A DNA stretch of 63,504 nucleotides, counting the filler, from Lenisia limosa (taxonomy: Eukaryota > Protista > Breviatea), in assembly GCA_001655205.1 (NCBI GenBank). It is 15 parts of 15 records of this genome, joined end to end, with 100 filler letters (N's around TTAATTAATTAA, not from the genome) between each part and the next. Parts side by side here need not be neighbours in the genome. Positions count along the whole stretch, not along the records: positions 21,803 to 26,703 come from LPNZ01009533.1; positions 26,804 to 31,168 come from LPNZ01002767.1; positions 31,269 to 33,984 come from LPNZ01010627.1; positions 34,085 to 36,159 come from LPNZ01001416.1; positions 36,260 to 37,797 come from LPNZ01010680.1; 10 more parts are not named here. One strand, written 5' to 3'. The position numbers and the translations under genes were made by a program. Below the pieces are notes generated by a model. The model did no database searches, was not told where the DNA came from, and saw only the letters and a list, made by a program, of their open reading frames with translations. Shown piece after piece: positions 24,160 through 36,312 of the stretch. The first letter of the stretch is position 1, and each line of letters begins with the position of its first letter.

Positions 24160-26110
24160 GGATGACATTAACGCGTATTATAGCAGTTGGGAAGCTGAAG
24201 ATGATAAGTGGCTCAAGAAATCCTCAAATCGAAGCTGTTGTTCACCCTTCTCCTTCCTGCGTGGTGTACAGCGAAATGATGAAGTCAACATCCGATTTAG
24301 GACAGACCGATTCATGTTTGTCGACTTCCTCCTTTTCCAACTGACGATTTTCTTAGACATGGGATGTTGTTGTACATCTTCCTACCCTTCTCATTCTTCT
24401 TTTCAATTTTCTCTCATGGCTTTGTAACAGCTCTTTGGTCAAGGCTCTTCGCTGTGTTCTCTCCGCTCAGTATGTGTCCTCCTTCGTGCGTGTATCAATA
24501 TTTAGTATTAGCAAAACTGACTTATTCTTTTATTTTTTTTTTGTCATTCTGTTGTTTGATGAATAGTGTTATAGCACAGAGGTAAACTTTCAAAAAGAAA
24601 CAGCTTTTAATTGTAGATGAGCGTACTGTTCGGTATCATCAAGCAGTGCTAATACCATATTGATTTTGGCTGTGGATTCATTTAGGCCTCTTTGTACAGA
24701 GACATTGAGAAATGATAATTTCAAACAACCAAACAATCATCAAGTTTATTAAATCACCAAGTTTACTTAATCACAAGTTTTTTATTCATCAAATTGTTAA
24801 TCATCAATTCCAATGCTTCACGATCATTCCACACCCTATTAACAGAGACTCCAGCTGCTTATTAACTCATTTAGTACTCCTACTCACAGGCGTCTTGTTG
24901 CCATTCTACCACTTCAACCACTCCTGCCAAAATGCCTCTCTTTTCGAAGTGGGTCTTCATCACACTTTATTTCGTTTTATTTTGGCACTGGAAAGAATTT
25001 TGTCGAAACACTTCTGTCGTTATCCATAAATGATAATAGGTAGCTTTGTTCCCGAAAAGCGGATTAATTCCGACAGGTGTTCGGTCCCCTCATTCTCTAC
25101 TTTGTGGCAAGTGTTGTTGTGTCCATTCACAGGGCATGTGCCAGTCCTGGTGGGAGAATTAAAGCGTGTGTATCATATGTATAAGAGTAGGGCTTCCCTT
25201 CGGTTCGAATAATAGACTGAATTTTTCAATAAATCCTCGAAATCTATCGCTATTTTACCGGTATTTTTCGAACCAAAGTGAATCCCTATATAAGAGAACA
25301 ACCATGCTCCAATAATCGAATGTAACCCTCATCCCTTACGCGAATTTATCTCAGCCACTTCTGACTCAATTCCACAATATCCTTAAACATTACATCACCG
25401 GACGTCTTCGGACCCCCCTTACAATGTTCAGAAGAATACACTGGGCTAGATGCGGGTAAAGTGTTCCTCATGCGTTCGGTATCAAAAGCAGCGTCGTTCG
25501 ACCCCTTATCTAGGGTAGGGGGGGCTTCCAAATTCAAGAAGGGCTTCTTATAGTAATATAAATATGATATAGTGTGATATCACATTTACAGTGACCTGTC
25601 AGGACTTATCCCGGTCACTGGACATATTAAATGTACATAGCATATACATGTAGTAAATATGTAATAAAAACAGACCGGGATAAGTCTTGACTGATTGTCC
25701 TTGGTAAATCCCATAGCAATTCGCTCAAGACTTATCCCAGTCACTGTCTGTATTATAGTAATATGCACTCCAGATACAACGGGTTGTGTTTTACAAGGTC
25801 ATGTTGTTGCTAAGTTTTTTTATTTGTTGTTTGAGGTTCAGATTATTCGATTTGTACCTTTATGTCAACATTCTTCGATTCCTTGTTTCACCCCCTTAGG
25901 CGGCCGAACGCTCTGGTGTGTCTTTGTATATGCACCGGGTGATCACCGAGGACGTGACAATGTTTGAGGAGGAGGACGGTCCTGGAATTCCTGGGTCTGT
26001 CACTCGGTTCAGCTCGAGACTGAGTGCAGCGTCCTCAAAATCCCCATCACAAACTGCTAGCTCGGCGTTTAGTAAAGTGGGGCGGCTATCTTGAGACGGA
26101 ACTGAATGGG
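24160..26110 (-). CDS. Hypothetical multi-exon gene(s)
   Basis: Several open coding-like blocks with splice sites (PSQDSRPTLLNAELAVCDG..., GLNESTAKINMVLALLDD..., QLEKEEVDKHESVCPK...); not assembled into one frame. Confidence 0.3.
25188..25288. mobile_element. MITE family A (hAT-type) with perfect 8-bp TSD
   Basis: TAGGGCTTCCCTTCGGTTCGAA ... TTCGAACCAAAGTGAATCCCTA; TATAAGAG at 25180-25187 and 25289-25296. At least 25 full or partial copies in the window, e.g. 6071, 8430, 14116, 20530, 21240, 26379, 26515, 27000, 27450, 28008, 28304, 28800, 29218, 30016, 31280, 41079, 53490, 58448, 59945, 60734, 62437. Confidence 0.92.
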
Positions 26111-26803
26111 ACAGAACATATAAAAAAAATCATTTTATTATAATTTATTATTATTGTTTTTTTTGTTTTGTTTTTTTTTTGGGGGGGGGGGGGGNNNNNN
26201 NNNNNNNNNNNNNNNNNNNNNNNNNNNNNNNNNNNNNNNNNNNNNNNNNNNNNNNNNNNNNNNNNNNNNNNNNNNNNNNNNNNNNNNNNNNNNNNNNNNN
26301 NNNNNNNNNNNNNNNNNNNNNNNNNNNNNNNNNNNNNNNNNNNNNNNNNNNNNNNNNNNNNNNNNTTTATTTTGCATTTAGGGCTTCCCTACGATCCCAA
26401 AATAGACTGAATTTCTCGACTCGATAAATTTCGATATTTTATTGGTTTTTTCGGACCGTATGGAAGCCGAAGTTGCCATAAAAAGAGCTCTGATCTATTA
26501 GCTCAGTGATAACATAGGCTTCATTTCGCTTCGAACAAGACCGGTTAATTATCGATAGCTTTCGAGAATTTATCGAGAAATTTAGTTTTTTTGAACCGAA
26601 GAGAAGCCCTAATGATACCGTCTTTCATCATTCCCCATTCCCCCAGGAGGACATGCAGAGTTCAGCCGAGCGGTTTTTAGCCACGCGACACCCCCAAAAA
26701 GCCNNNNNNNNNNNNNNNNNNNNNNNNNNNNNNNNNNNNNNNNNNNNTTAATTAATTAANNNNNNNNNNNNNNNNNNNNNNNNNNNNNNNNNNNNNNNNN
26801 NNN

Positions 26804-29800
26804 CAGCTCCAGCGTACACAAATTGAAACTGATGATCAACAAAAGAAAAGATAATGCGGTGGGGGAGGGGGCTTACGGAGGTCAGCAACATTAGGGATGG
26901 CAATGTTTTCTGCTTCGGCAGTTGTAGAGATACATGCAAGACATTCCTACATCCAGTTAAAGAAGAAGTTGAGGTGATGGTGGGTATCAAAATTAGATAT
27001 GCTTCACTTTCGGTTCCAAAAGATCTCTAAATTATCGAGAATTCAGTCTTTTTTTGGAACCGGAAGTGAAGCTCTAAATAAAACCAGATAAATAACGATA
27101 AAACCCAGATAAAAAACGACAATGGCCGTTACTTGGAACCGAAAGGGCCTAAAATCACCTCATACCGGAGAGCGCTGGCTCGCGGGGAAGGCGGCAATAC
27201 TGAATTGTTCGACCGGGGTTTCAAGGTTGCTTTTCTGGGGGTATCAGAGTCTGTAATATAATGGACAGTTTAGGAAAGCCCCGATGAATATTCAAGGTTT
27301 ACAGGTCTTTTTTGGACCGGAAGGCCTGAACCGAGGAGGTCCATAAGGGTGAAACAACGAGATATTTATCTAACTACTCTCTACAGTCTCAAAGCAAAAC
27401 GGAATATCTCGATAACTTCCTGACAGACATATTCTTAAGAGTTTCACTTATGACTCTAAAAGACGGAAAAATATCGATATTTATCGAGAATTCAGTCATT
27501 TTGAAGAACCGAAATTGAAGCTCTCTTTTGACAATCGAATAGCAAACAAACCGTCTTGGCAGTTCCGGTAATGGAAATGTGTTTATAACCGACAACAAAG
27601 TTTCTGTTGGTTTCATCATCTGAATTGTGAATTGAGATTTCTTGGATTTTGTTAAAGAATGAAACGTGAACAGATTTAATGAATTAAAAGATGTAGAAAA
27701 GAGAAAGAAAAAGGGAGAGTAAATCAGGCCCGCCAACTGATATCCCCAGCGTCGAAGCCGTCAATAGACTCCGCATAACGCTTCAGGACAACGGTCTTCT
27801 TGGCAAACACCTTATCAGGAACTGCGCTAAACCGAAGCTGACATGGTAAGAATTGTCGTCTGTTGGTATAGTGACCCTTGGATAAATTCAGCCTTAATTA
27901 AAACATGATGGTGGATGTATTCAGCCTTATCGATGATACTCTATTATGCATTTTCCGTACAATTGGAAAACTGCAAAAAAAAGAATTCAAATACCTGGAG
28001 CCTGGAGTAGAGCTTCACTTTCGGCTCCAAAGACTGATCGATATCGATAATTTACTCTCTTGTGGAAACGAAAGTGAAGTAAGCCAGCAGAGCAACTGCC
28101 CCCCACCTCAAGGTCATAAGTGCCGGCGGGTGCATCAGACTTGAACGCCAAGTCCGTGAAGGTGAACAGCTTGCTGACAGCGCTCATGCCCTGGACAAAC
28201 AGGGTATTGTCTTGGAGAAGAGCTAGAAGAATAAGACCGGGATTGACCCCCCACTCCTCCCATGGAAAAGGAATTCCATACCGAATACCAAGAGAAGCCA
28301 ATAGAGGGGCTTCACTTTCGGTTCCAGAAGAGGGGTAAATCATCCATTATTATTGAGAACCTATTTGAGAATTCCGTCTTTTTAGAAACGAAAATGAAGC
28401 TCTTAATTGACCCTCGCACAGGATGAGCCTGAAATGGCGACGTAAATCTGGTGCGCCTCGTTGTCGGCGACGTTGAAATCCGTGTTGCAGATCGCACCTG
28501 CGAAGTCACCAAAGACAAGCGGACAGTTTTTTTTAGAACAATTTACACTCTTTTTATTTTATATTCGATAGCATAAACAGCAAGAAGCACCCCCCCCCCN
28601 NNNNNNNNNNNNNNNNNNNNNNNNNNNNNNNNNNNNNNNNNNNNNNNNNNNNNNNNNNNNNNNNNNNNNNNNNNNNNNNNNNNNNNNNNNTGACAGCGAG
28701 CTTAGAGGGGAACTTGTAATCTGGAACAAGAACTCTGATACCATTAGATCGTACAACTACAGACCGAAAAAGACCGGTACAAGATCCATATTCATCATTG
28801 GGGATTCACCACAGTCCGAAAAAGACCGGAAAAGCAGTGATATTTTTCCTTAGGTCTTTTTGGACCGCAGTGAAGCTCTGTACCCATCGTACCCGGTTGC
28901 GGTTCCGCTGAGCTCCATTGACGCGATAGATTTGCCTGAAACTTCAGCATCCAACGCCAAACAGTCGTCGAAGGAAGTACTGCGACGAATTAGAAGGAAG
29001 AACAGAATTGAGGCGTTTTAGAAACAGAATGGAGGGGTTTTAGAAACAGAAGAGAGGCGTTTTAGAAGGGATAAGGGTTTGGGTGAGTGCAGCGCACGAG
29101 AATTATACCCCCAAAATAAACACTGGTAGTTCATCCCCACATACACCGCGGGAGGACACACGTAAAGTTGGTACTAAAAGAGTTAGCAACAAAAACGCTT
29201 CTCCCATTTTGCTACAAAAGGGTTTCCTTCGGTCCGAAAAAGTGAGATATCGGGATTTATCGATGATTTATCGAGAAATCCAGTCTAATTTCGGACGGAG
29301 TGAAGCCCTACAATAACAAAAGTAGGACTCTGTGCAATAATGATATTAATAAAATAATGGATGACTTAAAAGTAAAGTGTCTGAAATGGATTTCTTGTTA
29401 TCATATGTCTAACTACATTCAAAAAGATTTCACAATTAATTGCCAAGATCACAAACAAAGCCAGAACCCCCGATATACCTGGCTGTCTTCCTTGATCTTG
29501 TTGGTGTTCGTGATATGAGCACCAGAGATGTGGAACTCCTTCCAGTTCGCACCACTAGTCGGGAAGGTCTGCAAACATCAAAACAAGACAATATCGATAT
29601 TTATCAAAATTATCGAGGATTTATTGATGAAAAGAAAAAAAAAAAAAGCCGAAGCCGTCCACCATCCCGTTTATAAGGGTAGTATCAGGACGAAGCCGTC
29701 TACCATTTAGTATATGGATAGTATCATCACGTTAAAAAGTGTAGTATCAGGCCGAAGCCGTCCACACTATCAAATTTATAAGTGTAGAATCAGGCCGAAG

Positions 29801-30869
29801 CCGTCTCACATCATTACGTTTATTAGTGTAATATCAGACCTAAGCCGTCCACCATCACGTTCTCAGGTGTCATAATGCTTACAGTATATACTCATTTGCC
29901 TGACAACACTTGCAGCTGTCTGCCCAACCCCTCACATTCATCAGAACAGAGTCCTTGCGAATAGTGGAACTGACCTTACGACGTCCAATGACCTGACATG
30001 TTAAGAGGTTATTGATAGGGCTTCCTTTCGGTCCCAAAAAAAAAAGACTGAATATATTGATAAATCACCGATTAATAACGATATTTAACACATTTTGTCA
30101 ACCCTCGTTATTGATCAACGTAAAGTGGCCTGATCTATCAAAATCCTCTTCCGAGTTTTATATCTTTTTGTTTCACTTTTGGATGGGATGCTCTCTATGA
30201 ATACAATTCCAAATTGCGACCAATACTGCAGTAATAATAATTCCAGCATTCTGACCACTTGGGTTCACAAAGTAAACGGGCTACATCAATAGTCGCATAA
30301 GTCTCAAGGCCAAGCCGCTCAATAAGAAAAATAAAAGGAGGAGGGGGGGGGGTGACTGTATGCACCTTTATAAGCGCAAGGGGTTTAAAGATCCAGCAAA
30401 CCTGGTAGAAGTACTGGTCGGAATGGGTCGTTACAAAAGTCATTTTATCGGACTTGGCATCAGCTTCAATAGTTACATCCCCGAGGGCCTAAAAGCATCA
30501 GCTTCAATAGTTACATCCCCGAGGGCCTATAATACCATCTGGCGAAAACGGAGGAATAAATCTGGGGGGGGGGGGAGAATAATGGGGAAGAAATTAGGGA
30601 AATGATGAAACCATAACAATTATCAAGATCAAAAAATGCACCAGAGGGCTGATAAAAACAAAACAAAGCCCAAAAAGCAGTGTCGTTAGGACGTAATAAT
30701 GCGCAACAAGAAGAAAGAATAACAGACAAAAAAACAAAAAACAATAACAGATCATTGCAAAATCAATAAAAACACCAGGGATATAAGATAAGGGGAAATC
30801 ACTGCCAAACGTACCGCCATGGTAACTGTCGGGTACGCAGGCTTGGTGTATTGGACGTTGATGTGCGGA
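26804..30869 (-). CDS. Large hypothetical beta-rich protein, about 14 exons, partial at both ends
   Basis: Exons chain in phase: PHINVQYTKPAYPTVTMA/ALGDVTIEADAKSDKMTFVTTHSDQYFYQ/PVYFVNPSGQNAGIIITA/VIGRRKVSSTIRKDSVLMN/TFPTSGANWKEFHISG.../YQLYVCPPAV/TSFDDCLALDAEVSG.../AICNTDFNVADNEAHQIYVAISG.../...TYDLE/LRFSAVPDKVF.../KSNLETPVEQF.../ECLACISTT... One junction falls in a gap. Confidence 0.7.
29650..29870. repeat. Tandem array of the family D core (5 units, mostly ~42-45 bp)
   Basis: Repeating G(C/A)CGAAGCCGTC(C/T)ACCATCACGTTTATAAGTGTAGTATCAG-like units, followed by the family D tail CATTTGCCTGACAAC. Confidence 0.85.
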
Positions 30870-31759
30870 CTGTTGGATCAGTAGGATATAGTAGAAAATA
30901 TAATATCATGAAATTACATAACGCATATCATAATATGATATGTAGAAATGGGAAATAAAAAAAGTATCATACCATCACGTTTCTAATGGTTCTCATGACG
31001 AAATAATAATTCCCCCAATCATTTGCGTGACAACTCCTGTGTACACAGCTTCCTGCCTGCCTCAGTTTGGCTTATACACTAATTAATACATTATATCCAT
31101 TCGATGATCATCCAATATTTACATGTAATACATATGATATGTTTAATATACCTAATACTGGGCACCCCNNNNNNNNNNNNNNNNNNNNNNNNNNNNNNNN
31201 NNNNNNNNNNNNTTAATTAATTAANNNNNNNNNNNNNNNNNNNNNNNNNNNNNNNNNNNNNNNNNNNNATGGCTGCCAAATATCGATATTTATCGAGGAT
31301 TTATCGAGAAATTCCGTCTTTTTTGGGACCGTAGGGAAGCCCTAGGTGTGACATACTTGAATGGTGCGGCCCGGGTAGTGATTAGTTTTAATACGTAATA
31401 ATTAATAATAAAGTTGAACCTAAATCTTCCTTTATACTACTTTCTTTCGATGTTTCTCATTTTTAATTTCTTTAGGAATGTTCGAAGGTCATTAAACGTG
31501 AGGAGGGGGGGGGGTATTAAANNNNNNNNNNNNNNNNNNNNNNNNNNNNNNNNNNNNNNNNNNNNNNNNNNNNNNNNNNNNNNNNNNNNNNNNNNNNNNN
31601 NNNNNNNNNNNNNNNNNNNNNNNNNNNNNNNNNNNNNNNNNNNNNNNNNNNNNNNNNNNNNNNNNNNNNNNNNNNNNNNNNNNNNCATATACTTTGTTTT
31701 TTGTTTTGTTTTTTTGGTGTGGTGTGGTATTTCCTTTTTATCTCATTCCTTCTAATTTT

Positions 31760-33984
31760 GTAGTTGGAGAATACGCAGAAGTAACCCCCAATTCCTACAG
31801 TACTTCCGACGCACTACCAAAGGTTATGCTCCATTCGGGAATGCCAGGTTGGGCCTTCCTTATTGGGCAAGTAACTTGCGATTTTTTTTCCTAATTCGGA
31901 CAGTATAATCTTCCTTTTGTCTTACATTACTACCACTTTGAACATGTTTGTTTGTCTTCCATTCCCAGAACAGGATAGTTACTTTGATTTCTTAACAGTT
32001 TTCATTTATTAAAACAAATACAACTTACCATATTAGGCAATTATTGCCAAAAGCTTACCATATTAGGCAAGTACTACGTGAAGGTCACCGGAGTTGACAT
32101 TTCGGAGTCGTCATCATGGTTCACACTGGTCCATCCGATCAAAAACGTGACAATTCTGACCCAGCCGAAGGGGTTGCTCAATGATATTGTGGGGGGGTTT
32201 ATTGTTGTTTTTCATAGTTGTTTTTTGTGTTTTGTTTTCAAGCCTCGTGTGTTTCTCAACTGCTCATCCTCACCCCCCCCCCCCTNNNNNNNNNNNNNNN
32301 NNNNNNNNNNNNNNNNNNNNNNNNNNNNNNNNNNNNNNNNNNNNNNNNNNNNNNNNNNNNAGTGTTGTTATCAACCCTCGTGCGTTGTCAGCCAATAAAG
32401 TTGATTTTGGGCATTTTTTTTAGTGTGTTTTCAAACTGTTTACTCGGCCAGACCTATGTCCGCACATCCGATTCTTCCGACGCCTACATGCAACAACCTA
32501 AGGTAGGGGGAGGAGGTCCCTTACAAAAATTCGGTTTTTTTTCTTATTATTTATTACATTAATTCCTTGTTTTTTCTTTACACCCCCCCCCCCAGGTTGA
32601 AATTGAATACGACTTTGCTCAAATCAAATCCGTCCACCCCGACNNNNNNNNNNNNNNNNNNNNNNNNNNNNNNNNNNNNNNNNNNNNNNNNNNNNNNNNN
32701 NNNNNNNNNNNNNNNNNNNNNNNNNNNNNNNNNNNNNNNNNNNNNNNNNNNNNNNNNNNNNNNNNNNNNNNNNNNNNNNNNNNNNNNNNNNNNNNNNNNN
32801 NNNNNNNNNNNNNNNNNNNNNNNNNNNNNNNNNNNNNNNNNNNNNNNNNNNNNNNNNNNNNNNNNNNNNNNNNNNAGTGTGCACAGAGTTGTAAGGCAAA
32901 TGATTGGGTGAATTTATATTAAAACTATAATCCAATATTCTTATAAGCGTAATGGTGTGGACGGCTTCGTCCCAAGTTTTTCAATTAATTATTTCTTCGA
33001 AAAATTCATGTCATAGAGTCGTATGATAAACAAAACAGACACACGTCCTCACCATAATCCCCATCAAAGAACCTGCTAAATCCTCCTTCCGTCCACTTCT
33101 CACCCCAGCTAGGAAGATAACAGCTTTTTGAAGGCCGCAGCCAGTGCCGTCACAGACCCACTTGCTACGACCTCAGTGGACGGCTTGTTCCAATTCGAGG
33201 GCTTTAGGTGGGGGAATCTGTTTTTTTTTGTACTGTTATTTTTTATTATTTATTTTTTTATTTTATTTTTTTTGTTATTTGAAGAAAGAGTTTAATGTAA
33301 GCAGCAAAATGAAGTTCCCAATACCCTCGCTAGATATTGAAATTCCTCCTCTTTTTGATTTTGGGGTTTGTTTTGTTTCGAAAGTTATTTCCATTTTGCT
33401 CCCCTTCTTCCCCAGTATTTCTTACCCCACCCCCGANNNNNNNNNNNNNNNNNNNNNNNNNNNNNNNNNNNNNNNNNNNNNNNNNNNNNNNNNNNNNNNN
33501 NNNNNNNNNNNNNNNNNNNNNNNNNNNNNNNNNNNNNNNNNNNNNNNNNNNNNNNNNNCAGACTCAGAGACGGAAAGAGCGGAACATACAAAATGAAGTT
33601 TGTGATTGGTGGTGTTTCGAGCGGTTATTCTGACGAGTTCGAAGTGGTCAATCTCAACATCCCCGACACCAGTGAACTATGTGGGAGGGAGGATGCTGTT
33701 GATGATAATGATGTTGATGGTGGTAGTGGTGTTGTTGATGATGATGGTGGTGATGATGATGATGATGTTGTTGTTGTTGTTGATGATGATTTTGGTGGTG
33801 TTTGAATCAAAATGATAATGATTAAATATGATACAGAAATATCAATTATAATAACAAAAATATTAGCGGAAGTCCCAATGTTCATTTCCAACACTTCTAA
33901 TTTCCCCAGCCAACCTCGAAACAACCCTCCTTGTGTCGGCACTAATGCAGTCGCCGATCTTCTTCGCCAATATGGCTACTACAG
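31760..33984 (-). CDS. Hypothetical multi-exon gene, partial
   Basis: Candidate exons FTGVGDVEIDHFELVRITARNTTNHKLHF, KWVCDGTGCGLQKAVIFLAG, VGVDGFDLSKVVFNF, NPFGWVRIVTFLIGW...; gaps prevent full assembly. Confidence 0.4.
33700..33800. repeat. (GAT/GGT/GTT)n trinucleotide tract, intronic
   Basis: Direct observation. It explains the poly-D/poly-S ORF calls. A similar (CAT)n tract lies at ~60530-60570. Confidence 0.9.
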
Positions 33985-34101
33985 NNNNNNNNNNNNNNNN
34001 NNNNNNNNNNNNNNNNNNNNNNNNNNNNTTAATTAATTAANNNNNNNNNNNNNNNNNNNNNNNNNNNNNNNNNNNNNNNNNNNNCTAGGGTTTAGCGGAA
34101 G

Positions 34102-34225
34102 AGTTAACTACCTGAACACATAATAAATTACATATCGATAAATCACTCCCCAAATGGTCGCTTACGCCATTTGGCTCATAATTTATCAATAATATATAAT
34201 TTATTATGTGTTTAGGTAGTTAACT
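34102..34225. repeat. Fold-back inverted repeat (~125 bp)
   Basis: AGTTAACTACCTGAACACATAATAAATT / AATTTATTATGTGTTTAGGTAGTTAACT, with inner CCAAATGG / CCATTTGG. Confidence 0.85.
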
Positions 34226-35400
34226 ATCTACTATTAATTGCCAAATGTCAAGAAAAATATATTTTAGAATATCATAGCAAAGTCATGGTCTACAATGTTG
34301 AAAAATTACATATTTTTTCATTAAATGATTGTGATTTTCTATGTGGTACCCCTATAGTAAGTTGACTATTTTACTAAATCTTCAAAAATAGGTGATATTT
34401 GATTATATTTGACCTATTATTGAGGAAAAAATACACTATATTTACAAATTTTAATTTTATATTCAAATTTAATTTTATTTATAAATATTTTTTGTGGGAC
34501 ACTTTAATATGCCCAAAATGTTATTATTCTGAAAAAGGGGGTTTTCAAAAAATTATGGCGAAAAGGAAACTGGGTGACCCGGCCTGGTTCGGTTCTGATC
34601 AAAAGATCATATTCTCCAATTTTTGTTTGCGCTCTTGTCTTCTTTTTGGTCAAAATTACTCTGTTGATGTTTTTGATGATCCTGTGCTCGAAACTGTTGA
34701 TTTTCCCACTAAAAAGGGTGTTATTGAAGGGATTTTTTTTTTTTTTCGATTTTCGGCTTGTTCGCGATTTTGATCATGTTCGCGGTTTTTAACACCAACC
34801 TATGACATTTTCCATATTCGGGCATCATATACAAGTTATACCCTATATCAACTTGTCCTCATTACATTATAACAAAGTTGGGGTTTTGAATACTNNNNNN
34901 NNNNNNNNNNNNNNAATCACTCATTCCTTGAAAACTCCAAAAAAAAAAAAAATCACACAAGAAAATCCACGCAATCAGAAACACAAAAATAATATAAACT
35001 ATCAAAAATTTAGGTGGATTTGAACTGTTAAAAACAAGGAGACGAATAATGTCAAAATGATAGTCAACCATTTAACAAAAAAAACGTCATCAAGTGATCC
35101 AACAGGGATCTCAATCTTGAATGAAGAAGTTGAAACTCAAATGATAAAAATAATAAAACTGTGACGGGTAAAGTGGACCACAATCTCGTGAAAACAGATA
35201 ATCAAAAGGAGATAGAAGGTTCTTGAGTTGACAAAAAAGAATGGAGCTGGTTCTAAAAAAAAAATAAGGAGGAGAGTTTTATTGGTGACCTAATTATTTG
35301 TAGATTCAGCTGAAACATACAAATGATAAAATACCATACATTGTTGCATACATTGTTGGATATCAAAATAACCCCATGATATCCCGCAAAATAATAAACC

Positions 35401-35675
35401 CATAACTTATAATGACGTTAGAAACCGAAAGCCAGACCCCTAAAACCCTTAAAATGGTCGAATCAGATTTTAAAATAACTTTAGTAGACTCGAGATATAA
35501 AGCTCGACTTTTTGACTGAAATTACCAAATTCTCGAATTTTCAATATTTGGTAATTTCAGTCAAAATGTCAGGCTTTATATCTCGAGCCCACTGAAGTCA
35601 TTTTAAAATCGGATTCGACCAATTTAAGGGCTTAAGGGGTCTGGCTTTCGTTTTCTAACCTCATTCTAAGTTGTA
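35401..35675. repeat. Long imperfect palindrome (~275 bp, ~130-bp arms)
   Basis: Left arm AACTTATAATGACGTTAGAAACCGAAAGCCAGACCCC...TTTTGACTGAAATTACCAAAT mirrors right arm ATTTGGTAATTTCAGTCAAAA...GGGGTCTGGCTTTCGTTTTCTAACCTCATTCTAAGTT; centre near 35538. Confidence 0.9.
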
Positions 35676-36312
35676 AAGGGCTGTAAGATAAGAAAAGGCT
35701 GTTTTTTCGACTTTTAAAACCGTTTTCCCAATTAGGCAAGTAAGGAACTTTCTGAAACTTTTGAGGTCAAATTCACAAAAATATCACAAAAGATATGTTC
35801 CGCAAACTTTTTTCCGAAATCTAAGAAAAACAGAAAACACCAAAAACAGCAAGATTTTTGAACCTGTCTTTCAAAAAGGCCCAGGGCCCCGGGTAAAATT
35901 TTCCTGAAATGTTAAGAAAATTATCAATTTGGTCATTGTTTATTTAGTGTATTTGTTTCAGTTTTTTGTGACATTCAATGGATTTTTACGTTTTTAGAGG
36001 CCAATTTCTAAAAAGAACACCCAATAATCGGATATAATCGGATTAAATGCTCTTAGCATATGTATGTATATTGTATATCGATATAATATATGCTGGGGGG
36101 CAGAAATCATGTCCAAAATGCCGAATTCATGTCCGAAATTAAATTTCCCAGGTGGACCCNNNNNNNNNNNNNNNNNNNNNNNNNNNNNNNNNNNNNNNNN
36201 NNNTTAATTAATTAANNNNNNNNNNNNNNNNNNNNNNNNNNNNNNNNNNNNNNNNNNNNCATACCTCTTGACAATCACTTTTCCAGGTTTGCTGGATATG
36301 ACATATTTTAAG

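Noticed and set aside
29650-29870. CRISPR-like array
   Set aside because: Inter-repeat segments resemble each other and family D, the context is a eukaryotic intron, and no cas genes are present.
33625-33942. Poly-Ser/Thr and poly-Asp ORFs
   Set aside because: Produced by an intronic trinucleotide microsatellite.
34085-34096. CTAGGGTTTAG as a telomeric repeat
   Set aside because: Single short occurrence with no tandem array.
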